64,000 nt of DNA, taken from assembly GCF_037042905.1 (NCBI RefSeq), contig NC_087251.1, forward strand, positions 24,926,001 to 24,990,000. Reading direction: 5' to 3'. The first letter of the stretch is position 1. Every line of letters begins with the position of its first letter. Below the pieces are notes generated by a model, which saw nothing but the letters and a program-made list of their open reading frames with translations, ran no database searches and was not told where the DNA came from. The stretch is from Lytechinus pictus (taxonomy: Eukaryota). The translations under genes and the position numbers were made by a program. Shown piece after piece: positions 26,387 to 37,453 of this stretch.

Positions 26387-26705
26387 CAGCTCCTCGAGAA
26401 TTTATCCGGGAAGGTGAAAAATAAAACGGGAAAAATGAAAAAGGGAGAAAGAAATAAAGAAAGAGAAAGAAAGAAAGAAAGAAAGAGAGGGAGAGAGAGA
26501 GGAAGGAAGACAGCGAGGTGAAGAGGAAGAGAAAGGAAGAGAGAGAGGGAGAGAGTGAGAAAGAAAGAAAGATAGAAAGAGAGGGAGTGAAGTAAAGAAG
26601 AACATGACTTTGTGAGAAAGAACAAGGAAGAGGGTGCAATAAATGGAGATGATGGAGTGAAAGGGAAAGAAAAGAGGAAAAACAAAAACAACATAAAAAG
26701 AAATA

Positions 26706-26886
26706 GGGTGAAACCTGTATACAGTGGTTATCCAAAGAAAGCAAAAAATGCGGCCTTTATAGACAGGTGGCTGCTATACAGACAGGTTCTTATAATACAT
26801 AATACGTCTCCATGGAAATCGGTTAAGTGGTCACTATTAGGCAGGCGGCTGCAAAAGAGAGGAGATCACTAACACAGGTTTGACTG
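26706..26886. mobile_element. Tc1/pogo-like MITE
   Basis: Right end acaggtttgactg|TA; degenerate left end ta|gggtgaaacctgt. Confidence 0.55.
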
Positions 26887-26889
26887 TAA

Positions 26890-28179
26890 AAAGTAGAATG
26901 AATAGCAGACAAAATATAAAATGAAATATTGGTGATCTTTTGAGGAAAGTCCATGATGATTAAAAAAAGGTAAGAACGTTATTAGAATTTAAATGCTTTG
27001 ATTTGTGACGTCATGTGCGAGTAGATTCCCCAATATTGTGTAGTAACAATGAAATGTCATTTTCTCAAAAAAATGAAAATGGTTTTCATTGTACCTTCAT
27101 TATACAGTGCGTCCCAGAAAAAACGAAACCGAGATTTAGCGATGATTTATCATAACTTAATCAAAAATAAAATAGACAAATGACCTACCAATGTAAAGCT
27201 TAAAATCTCCTCTTTCATCTGATATTACTTAGATTATTCCTCATTCACGCATGAGTGAGCAAAAACAATTTGAAGGAAGGATACCAAAAACTCATTTGGC
27301 GGGGGGTATATGAATTTAAAAAAGAAAACCACATGCCTTAAAATTTCAATATCTGCTCTTTAATTTGATACCTCAATTACAGAAAATGGTCAAGAAATAA
27401 CAAAGTTCTGGTTATTTGAAATAAGGCTTGAATTTCCATAATTTCATTAAATAAACTGTTTTCACCGGTTTCCCACAGAAGCTATCGCATGGTTAACAAA
27501 AGACTTAATGCATGGTTGATCGTAAACAAAACGGAGTGTCGAGTGAGTTTGAACGCTAGCCTGTAAAACCTCTTCATTTTATGAAATTATTGAAATTCAA
27601 GCCTTATTTCAAATAACCAGAACTTTGTTATTTCTTGACCATTTTCTGTAATTGAGATATCAAATCAAAGAGCAGATATTGAAATTTTAAGACATGTGGT
27701 TTTCTTTTTGAAATTCATATACCCCCCGCCAAATGAGTTTTTGGTATCCTTCCTTCAAATTGGTTTTTGCTCGCTCATGCGTGAAGGAGAAATAATGGAA
27801 TTAATATCAGATGAAAGAGGAGATTCTAAGCTTTACATTGGTAGGTCATTTGTCTATTTTATTTGTGATTAAGTTATGATAAATCATCGCTAAATCTCGG
27901 TTTCGTTTTTTCTGGGACGCACTGTATATCAACAGACAAATCATTCCACCCAACTCCACTGATACTTAGTTATCGTGAACAATAAAAAAATTGAAATTTA
28001 TGCATTTTCTCTTACATAACATAATATGGGGAGCTGCTCGTATTATGACGTCACAAATAAACAAAACTGAAAATTCTAATAAATATGTATTAATGGATTT
28101 TCCTCAAATCTTCACCATTGTTTTTTATTAATATATTTGGCATTTATACAAAATAATTTCTTCAGGGTTAACTTCCCCT
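26890..28179. mobile_element. Kolobok-like family A copy interrupted by a Tc1-type MITE
   Basis: Homologous to 18951-19967 (aatattggtga..ctttgaggaaa, two TGACGTCA sites, cagggttaacttcccct|TTAA end); left terminus missing. Confidence 0.7.
27105..27924 (+). mobile_element. Tc1/mariner-type long-TIR MITE, copy 2
   Basis: TA|cagtgcgtcccag ... ctgggacgcactg|TA, perfect termini. Confidence 0.92.
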
Positions 28180-29037
28180 TTAATCTTGCCATTCCAAAAG
28201 TAACTTGTTCTTTGCGACGGGGTGCATGGGTGGGGGGTATAGGGGAAAGAGAGGAGTGGTGAAATTACCCCGCCCATTTTATGATCCTGCATGCCAGTTT
28301 ACTTTGCCTCATTATGGCCTTATTGTTGTAACAGGAGACATGTATATGCGTTTAGGAGCGAGACCGAAATACGAATTTTATTCTGTAAATTACTGTTTCC
28401 GCTTTGTTTTACTTCCTTTGCACAGTACGCACATAAAAACACACATTTTAGTTAAATTATTCCGGGTTGATATTGAACTTTGTATCGGAAGACACAGTAC
28501 CCGGTTGAACACCGTGCCGAATCAATTAGTTTCGATTATTATAAATATTGAAAGTAGGAGAAGTTTGGTGGTCATAATACACAAGAATTGCAGACACAGG
28601 GAGATTACGTTCAACGAATCCTAGTATTCAAACAGCGCCAAGTTCTGGTGAGTTAAAATCTGATGTGGAAAAAATACTTTTTTGATAATTCAAACTATAG
28701 TCAGGACTTGTATACAACTTTGTAAAATGTACATGGCATTCATCTTGGAGTATTTTCATTTTTTCTTCAGGATTTAAAAAGAAATCAGAAAAATCCCTCT
28801 AATCATCTCGAGATGATTAAGCGCTCAATAATTAGTGAACTGTGCGCCCGATTTGTTTTTTTTTTTTACGTGGTTATTACAGTAGAGAGTCATCTCATTG
28901 CCTATTTGCGTATGAGTGGGGGGAAAACAAATATGAACTGCTTGTATACATGAGTCAATCTAGAATACTATTAGTATTTACACCAAAACATTTTGGCATC
29001 CCGAGGTTGATACCTCATTCCTAATATTGTTCCTTAT

Positions 29038-29303
29038 CACTGGCGTACAGATGGGGGGGGGGTGGCTTGGCTTGGCAAGAGCCAACCACCCAAGAAAAAA
29101 ATCATGACCAAGAAAAAAAAAAGAGAGAAGGGTGAAATATATAATGACACTGTTTTCTGAATAGTATGTCAAAATCTATCACAAAATGAATTTTTGATAT
29201 AAAAGGTCGAAATTTTTGCTCGCTTGCTTCCCTCGCTCGCAATTATGCGGTACGCCATTATCTATATAGCCCCCTCAATTGTTTTTGGATCATTACGCCA
29301 GTT
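29038..29303. mobile_element. hAT-like MITE
   Basis: cactggcgta ... tacgccagtt termini; flanks ttccttat / ttcctcat (8-bp TSD, 1 mismatch). Confidence 0.7.
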
Positions 29304-30949
29304 TTCCTCATCCGCTGTTCTATTTTCAGCGTTTTTGTTTTTTATACAATATTAGCAATTTACAATAGTTTTATCATCATGATAATGAATCCAAGGTGAC
29401 ATATTATGGACACGCCTTTACCCCCACCCTTTTAACAATGACCAACAATAATTCTGCATGCACACATATCCATATAATAACTCATTACGGTTATTAATCA
29501 CGCAACAGTACAACACGTGGGACGACACCTACTCTAAAATGCGAGGAATGCGATGAATGGCTATTGGGGTATCCCTCACGTTTACTGTAACATGAGTCAT
29601 GAGGGGGTATGACCACGCCCATCCTTCGCTGGTGGTAGGGGAATCACCAAAGGACAATCAGAGGGTATCGACCGATGGCTCTCCTTCGTGGTTTCTCAGA
29701 AAGTCCGCCTGAATGGTTTGTTTGATAACAGTAACGTATAGTAAATCGGCATGCGCTTTCATGTCCTCGGCCTCCCACACACACCATGCTATCAATAAGA
29801 ATTTCGCTGAAAACATGTCACCCAACGATTTCATCGAGTGGCTTGATAGGTTATAATAGTTTCATTGATACAAGGTGGAACGAACTAATCCTATTGCGTT
29901 TTGTTCTTCAGAAATGGTAATCCCATAGCAGGATTTCCTTCAGTTAGTTTTGTTTCGAAATTTCAGATCTTGCCAGCGTTAAGTGTCCAAAACATCTTGG
30001 CAAGTCGAGACCAGTATTAAACCAGGATGCCTACCAGTAACAGTGCTGATTTATTTCATCTCCGTCCTCCACGTCAAACTGCAATATAGTAGCATATTAA
30101 CCTTCTGGAATATAATACTTTTTGGATATACGCGTTGCTGCGTGCATGATTATATATATAGTGGAATTATTTTTGGACATTTCATAAGGTAGGCCTATTT
30201 ATGTTAGAATGGTGTGGGGATTTATTGTCCCAAAGAATACTAAATAAAGGAACAGAACATCAAATTGTCCCCAAAATCAGATGATAACGGATTTGGGTTT
30301 AATTATGAATTATTTGATATCAGTATTTAATTCAATTGGGCCTGTGTCGTTTTTTTTACACTTCCTTATCAATATCGTTAGTATATATCATTATCATCGT
30401 CAACATGATTTTGATTGATATTATTGTCGTTGTTATTACGCTCCGTATATAATCATCATGCTTATTTATATCATTCTGTTTTACAATTCATCATCACTAT
30501 TTTTTTAATTCTCACTATAACATGTTACATTTTGGTTGGTTAACGCAGGCATTTATTAAATGCAATACGCTATGGAAACAATATAAATCGAAAACAAAAT
30601 ACTCATTGGTAGTATAAATCAATTAACAGTAACAAACGATACAGGATTTTATTCATATTCTATACTCAACCCATCTCAGATAGGTGCAATGTTATTTCAA
30701 TCAATTCAAATCGAATGCATTTTTAAACAATATAAAAAAGAATGGGATAGAAAAGAAAACCGGAAGCGGTCATTCCTCTTGATCTTTTATGATGGTCCAA
30801 ATTCTTCCTATGAAATTCTTGGTAATAACTTATCATCACCTCGGAGAAAACGTTGTTTTGAATAGTGAAAAAATCACAACAAAGCTAGTATACACGTGTT
30901 TCCAATACCACTAGGTTTCTGTTATGGAAACGGCGAGTAAACAAAGTAA

Positions 30950-31270
30950 ACCTGCAACGTCACAATCGCGAGCCACTCGCTGATTGGTCGACGGTAAGGT
31001 CGCGATAAATTATGCTTACTGTGACGTCAGGCCGTTGAATACCGTTCGTCATGAATATTCATGATGCTAGAATGTTCCATTCGACTCTCGATTCAGGTCT
31101 TATTTTCATAATTTATTAATTACGAATACATCCATTTACTCCGTTCTTTCGACCACCGATTGGTCGAGCACGATATATTCATGAGGTCGAGGCAGCGTGT
31201 AGTGTGCAGAACTCACTCATATATTATCGACGTCGTATTTAGTGCTTGAAGTCAGCTCCTATATCAAGCA
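30950..31270 (+). promoter_or_regulatory. Proximal promoter of the Fos-family gene
   Basis: CpG-rich relative to the flanks; perfect CRE TGACGTCA at 31022; half-CRE acgtca at about 30957; two inverted CCAAT boxes (gattggtcga at about 30982 and 31158); ATGAATATTCAT palindrome at 31051; TATA-like catatatta (31219) and ctatatca (31259). The exact TSS cannot be determined. Confidence 0.65.
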
Positions 31271-31605
31271 CGGAGTCGTGCGAGTGTGTCAAACTCCGTG
31301 TATTTCGTATGTGTCTAAAAATAGCTCACTGCAGTCGCGAATTCGCTCGCCAAGCATATAACGTGCACGACCATCGGGAACACCCCATACATCGCTTGTA
31401 CGCTCAAACTTGTGACTCATCTACTAGTCATCGCTCGATCTCGGAGAAAAAAGAGAGACCACAAATCGCAGCCGCGGAAGTTATTCGTCACTAAGGAAGT
31501 TCACTTTCGATATCTCATTCAATTCGCAGTTCTACTGATACACGAACCCGGGACTTTTGGGCTTAAGAAGACCCGAGAATTTCAAGAGAAAGATCTGAAT
31601 CTGTG

Positions 31606-31695
31606 ATGTACCCAACAGTCACTATGCCAGCCGATGATGGTTTTTTGTTGACTGCTGGTACTATGGCGTCTGGTTGCATGCCCGCTACATCGGAG
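31606..31695 (+). CDS. fos: Fos-family bZIP factor, coding exon 1 (MYPTVTMPADDGFLLTAGTMASGCMPATSE)
   Basis: ATG at 31606 (in-frame alternatives at 31624 and downstream); donor GAG|gttagt; phase 0 joins exon 2 in frame; lies directly downstream of the promoter-like region. Confidence 0.7.
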
Positions 31696-33843
31696 GTTAG
31701 TTGTGTACAGTGCCATGGTGTGCATGTTGATAGTGGTTGAAGTAGGATGGGATGGGGGATGCGGTCAGTAAGAGGAGGAGGAGGATGGTGATGATGGCGG
31801 ATGTCGCTTCCCCCTTCCCATCATGCTCTATCAATCAAGATGCGTATGTTTTCGTGATGCACATGGTGTCACTTCACTTCACGATTTTACCAATTTATAT
31901 TATTTTCAGATTGTATGGAAATGTTAACAGCATGTCATTGGTCCAGTAGTATATAAAATACATCCTGATCTTTATCTCACATGTCGGTGCATTACCGAAC
32001 TTGTACAGGTTCTTCAAAAATATCATCTCCGCCCGGGGTTTTATAATATGACCAGGCTTTAAGCCTTCATGTAAACATTAAAATTGATTGGAAACTGAGT
32101 TTTGTGATACAAATGTATTTTACTTTCAGCTTGGGTGGAAGAATAGTTAATATTTTTTTCTTCATTTATTGCATTCATGATTTTGGCATAGACATGTTTT
32201 TGCATTTTCAGCTATAATTTTTTTTTTTGGGGGGGTGTCCTGATGTCACATTTCTAATCTAATCTGTAAGAGAATGATTATGTTTATTTATGTTAAAATG
32301 ACAAAAAATAACATTGCCTACCATTCGAGAAATACTGTTCTAGACACGCGAAGTTTTCTAGACAACTCAGATTTTACTTGGCCAGTTTCCCAGGGACGTA
32401 TTGCACACTGAGGTATGCAGTGCTATCCAAATCCTGTCGCATCTGTTCCAGGCCGACAACCCGTTGTGTATGTGCAGCATAACAGGTGCTTTATTAGAAC
32501 GACCTCGATCTCGCCATTTTCACTTCAATACAGCGTGACCTATCTACAATGCTCTGTGAACCCTATTCAACGAAAATCCCTTTTCAGCCATTTGTATGTA
32601 CAGAGTGAGCTCAGCTATGCAGCAAAGTTCTACCATAGAGCTATTAGCTCCTTGGTTCTTCAGTGAAACAAATTACAGCGGAATAAAAGTAGGGCCACTC
32701 AGGCGTCCATAAAAAGGAGTTAAGCAAAGGAGCAAAATATAATGTATCAAGGGTTTATATCTGGGCTTTATATTTATAATTGGATTTTGTATATTGAACC
32801 ATATTGAATGACAATAGCTTGAACAAATACGAAATAGGCTTGTGCTATCTGTTAAAATTGTAATTTAAAAAATCAGTCAGGACTCACAATCACATGGATT
32901 GGGTTTTGTAGTTGTACACGTTACAACGTACATTAGCAAAGGGAAGGGAAAGAAATAAATACTAAACAAACGTTTTATATCGGAAAGAATGAGTAAGAGT
33001 TTCAATGTTTTCTGCCTCGTTCTTGGCGTCACCCGTTGCAGACTCTTGGCCCCGTCACTGTCATGAACTTCCGTTAAGTTTCCTTCTCCTCGTGAGGGGG
33101 CATCTTTACAGTCTTAAATCTACAGACCCTTTCCTTTTCTTACCAAACTTGAACAATCCACCTCTCAAATAAATGCATCATTCAAAAATTGGAGAGGCAT
33201 GTTTGCGATGAATCTCGAAGAAGTCTGGCAAATGCTCAACTTTACACCAATCTCTTGTAAAGCGATATGCTAGTCCCTGATGTGACTTCCGCTTGTAGAG
33301 TCTGTGTTGCTATTCTACTAACACTGACTTGGAATTCACCAAAAATCCTGAGCTTGCGGCTCACATGGTTAGTTCAGCCAACGCTCTCGAACAGGTCGTT
33401 CCTCCCCCTCGCCGGTGTGAGAGGGTACAGAGCAGGACACATCCCCAAACCGCATTGCCTTTTTTTTCTTCGTATTCATTTACTTCGGGATTATTTTAGA
33501 GGAATTTAAAGGATTTATATCTCCATTATCTTTTGATCATTTCTCGTTCTTCTACTACATTTTGGGCGGATTTTCTTTGTCAGCTGAAGGCTTTTGGGCT
33601 AAGGATTAGGTGAGCTAACATGTATCACCGGGCTATTATGTACCCATCGGCCAAGCTCGTCAAGGTGGAAGCAGTGAGTGTTCAGTAACAAAACCCCGTC
33701 TCCTTTCTATTCTCCAGGCTATCTTCAGTACTCGAGTCTTTGTTACAATGTTCTTTCTCACACTAACATTTTATATTAAGTGTGAAATTTTGCCAACCAT
33801 CACCAAATTACCATTTGTTAATGTTTGTCTGTTTATTTTACAG

Positions 33844-34191
33844 GATTATACCGCCTCTGAAGACATCATGGATATCTCAAGCTATGCACCAACAATGAGC
33901 AACCAAGTCACCTCCCTGCCTAATGCCATCCCGACTTCGGTCATCACCCCAACCACCTCACTGACTGGAGGATCTTGGCTTGAACATCCCAACAACATAC
34001 ACGGAGGTAGCTTCGTGCCCCCTTCTGTATCATCCCACAATGGTTACCACACCCCTGCTGTGGTGCGAGGTGGTATAGGGGGTCAACATCCCCACCATCC
34101 CCACCAGAGGATCGCCAGGGAGAGGGGCGATATGGACATGTACAGGATGTCCCCTTCCTCAGGCCCCCGCAGAAGGATGAGGGATGACGAT
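33844..34191 (+). CDS. fos: Fos-family bZIP factor, exon 2
   Basis: Acceptor ttattttacag|GAT, donor GAT|gtaagt; 348 nt, phase 0-0; S/T/P-rich with IPTSVITPT and a GPRRRMRDDD pre-basic segment. Confidence 0.88.
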
Positions 34192-36455
34192 GTAAGTAGA
34201 AATGTAAGTCATGCAAACCCTTTTTTATTTCTTTACCAGTACTAATATACAATGTAAGATGATTAGATTCGGTTAGTTTTCTGGATTCAAATCGGTTATA
34301 ATGGGATGATTTTGAGAAGGGCACACCTTTCATGCAATATATGGTAAATTATATTAAATCGTTGTCTGTGTTAATGTAAAGCTATGAATACAGGGCTCAA
34401 TTTGTATTATAGGACACATTCTGTGAAGCTGTGTTGTATGCGGCTTAGATCTGCTTCATTTCCTTTGAAAAGAAACTGAAGTTTGGTCTCGCAACATGAA
34501 ATTTGTTTCCTCATACTTCACTGCACCAACGGCCGTCCCCTCCTAAAGAAACCTTTGTTCTCGTTTTGGTATTTCACGTCCTTTTCAAAGTATTCTCGTA
34601 AAGAGTTAGACCGACCTCTAAGCCCCATAAACTGAAACGATTCTCGATTCAATTATACCACAATGCAAATTTATCTCTGTACTGGTTGTTTAACAACGCA
34701 CTTCAAAGGAAACTCTCAAGAAGGGGGAAACCGAGAAAAGAAACATGTAATTGTGACAATATTGTGGACCCTTGTTTGAAGAGCTGTTAAAGGTTGCCGA
34801 TTAATCAGCTTTTAGCAGTTATCCGACAATTAAGTGTTTGCTTACATTCGGTATGATACCCTTAATGAAATACGAGTTTTAGTGATCTAGACAAGGTGTC
34901 TATCTTTCTCTTTCATATTTGATAAGATTTTCGAGAGGAAAAGCCTCCTAAATAAACACGAAAATGTAAACAAAGCAAGGAAATATTTAAAATACTTGAA
35001 GAAACCAGTCATAAATTCACCATCATTTTGTGGTGTTAACACACGATCAATAGAAACTTCGATTTCACTTTAAGCGCAACTGGAAATGAAAAAGTGTTGA
35101 CTTTCTCCCTCTTCACTCATTAAATCTCAATTTCCACACTTGTAAACAACGATTAATTCTGGATAAAATGATACTTTTGCGTCATGAATATTGACTGAGG
35201 AAACTCTCCTAATTCGACTATCGTGGTTTAATTCCCCAGATCTCTCGCTTCATGCCTTTCCCCCTCAAATTTGACAAACTTCCGCAAGTTTTAATCACGA
35301 AAGAGAATGGTTGAATGAGTCATGGATTTTTTTTTTCGTTTTTTACCAGGGTAGTTGATATAGTATAGATGGAGGGGGGCAAGCCCAGACCGCGTGGCGC
35401 TATGACTCTTATGTGCCTGACTCTTGGGCTAATTGAACAATTCTTATGTAAACTCACAGGTGTCTAAATCATTGTTTCCTGTGAGTACGACAGTGTTCTC
35501 TCGTTGTATAAGTGATTATAAGTAGTAGACCCAGTCACTGTCAATTCTACATACAATGCTCAGGGTTTCGGAAAAGTAGTGAAAAGACTAACACAAGAAT
35601 GTAAGGGTGAACGGGGAGGGTGAAGGGCACAGGGGATGTAACTCATCAATAACGTTTAGAGGAATATAGGAAGGAAAAGTGTTTCTCTCTTGCAAATTTC
35701 ATTGATGTATCCCTTATGTGCGTTGGCTCATCTCCAGCATCATCACACGCGAATTCAAGCGCGTGTTTTTCGTGAATTCATCTAAAACAACTTGATATAC
35801 TTAAGACGTGATTTGGATTTGCATCCATTCGCAAAGCGATTTGCTCGATGTTTATGCCAATCATTTCATATTCATCCAGATTGTTCTCTTATCCAAACAA
35901 TCAGGTTCTATAGTGGAATATATCCCTGACACGATCCAGTGGACCGGTGCCAAGGTCTTTCGTGATTTGAAAACAAAATGATGTTTGCTTTGAATCAAAA
36001 CAACAACTATCAAATATTTACAGGCATGAAGAAAAAAAAACTAAGTAATCTGCGAAAGGAATCAATTATAAGACTCTCTTGAATATTTGCAAGGATAATT
36101 GTTTTCTTAAAAACAAAATGTCTTTTTTTTTTCAAATTACCTTTTTAATAGTTTATCTCTTATCATGCTGAGTGATATCACGACAAGGAATGTTTACAAA
36201 GGTGATAAGCATATCAATCATTAACTTGTCAAGGCAGGAATACAATAGGAGTCTCGACGTCAAAGGCTCATGCATGTACATGCAAATCAACTCGGTATAC
36301 AGTACGTCAGAATCGTAGACCTTTACGTGCTAAATGTTACATAAAAAGCTCATTTTAGTTGTTTATTTGCCATTCCTTGATTTATGAAACCGTGATTAAA
36401 ACATAGAATGAATGAATAATCATTGTATTTTTTTTTTCAATTCTTTATATTTCAG

Positions 36456-36563
36456 TTAACACCCGATGAACGTGAAAAGAGAAGGGTTCGTCGAGAGAGG
36501 AACAAACTAGCTGCTGCCAAGTGTAGACAGCGACGGGTCGATCATACCAACACATTAATCAAT
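36456..36563 (+). CDS. fos: Fos-family bZIP factor, exon 3 (basic DNA-binding region)
   Basis: ttcag|TTA ... AAT|gtaagt; 108 nt encoding [36 protein letters not shown], the Fos basic-region signature. Confidence 0.96.
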
Positions 36564-37048
36564 GTAAGTATTCCTCATCATAGACCCCATGAAATAAAAA
36601 GTGCCATACAAAGCAACCCCAAAACATTGCAATGATCAAGGATGTGTAAAAGAAACACAAGTAAACATTGTAAAATAGCAATGGTCAGAGTAAATTCATT
36701 CTGACGCCCATCTGTCAAAATTTACTTTCCGCATGAAATGAAACGGGTTGTAAACACACTTTCAGGGTTTAGCTGAACTATTGATGAATTGAAACATTAC
36801 CTTAATAAATTGACATTTTGATATGTGATTTAATTTGGCAGACAATGTTGTGTGATATTGATAGGGGCACTGGTCCGCCGGAAGAAGTAATTGAGAGATT
36901 TATGTGAGTGGACCATTGTTCCACTAAAAGAGTCCATCTTTTCTTTTAAAAGAAGGTGATATTCTTAAGCCAGGAAGTACCACTTTTGAAAAGGTTTTCA
37001 TGCATGCTAAGAGGTTAATTACAACGTTCCTCTCTTTTGTTGCAACAG

Positions 37049-37453
37049 GAAACGGAGGACTGGGAAGAAAAGAACGCCACTCTAGAACAAGAGATCTCTA
37101 AACTTCAGCAGCAGAAAGAACAACTGGAGTTCATCCTGGAGGCCCATAAGGCTATGTGCCGTAAGAACAAGGTTAACAAGGAGACAGCTACTACAGCCTC
37201 CTGTACCACCACTACCACCTGTCGCGCCAATACCGTGGCAAGCCTGGATACGCCCACTACCGAAGTTGTGACACCTACTAGACTCTTCAACTTCGTTGGC
37301 TTGTCCGAGGGGGTCATGGACGGCACCAATCACTCTTCATCTGGTTCGTCTTCGTGTGGACGTGAAGCCATGTCAATCAAATCAGAAAACAGCAGCAGTG
37401 GTAGTGATATGTCCAGCCCCGAGTCCACCCGCCGAACCCTTATTCAACTCTAA
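37049..37453 (+). CDS. fos: Fos-family bZIP factor, exon 4 (leucine zipper and C-terminus); full protein about 316 aa
   Basis: caacag|GAA; ETEDWEEKNATLEQEISKLQQQKEQLEFILEAHKAMC matches the Fos zipper ending LEFILxAH..C; the C-terminus SSP...TLIQL* resembles c-Fos SSPTLLAL*. Confidence 0.95.
   Translation, partial: ETEDWEEKNATLEQEISKLQQQKEQLEFILEAHKAMCRKNKVNKETATTASCTTTTTCRANTVASLDTPTTEVVTPTRLFNFVGLSEGVMDGTNHSSSGSSSCGREAMSIKSENSSSGSDMSSPESTRRTLIQL

Noticed and set aside
28205..28624. 139-aa ORF upstream of fos (and other 60-145 aa ORFs in AT-rich or low-complexity DNA)
   Set aside because: Non-ATG or weak starts, F/L/I/S-biased composition and no domains; consistent with chance ORFs.
33944..34333. 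Antisense 129-aa ORF over fos exon 2 (and similar ORFs over exon 4 and the GPCR)
   Set aside because: Shadow ORFs of GC-richer coding sequence, with no domain or splice support.
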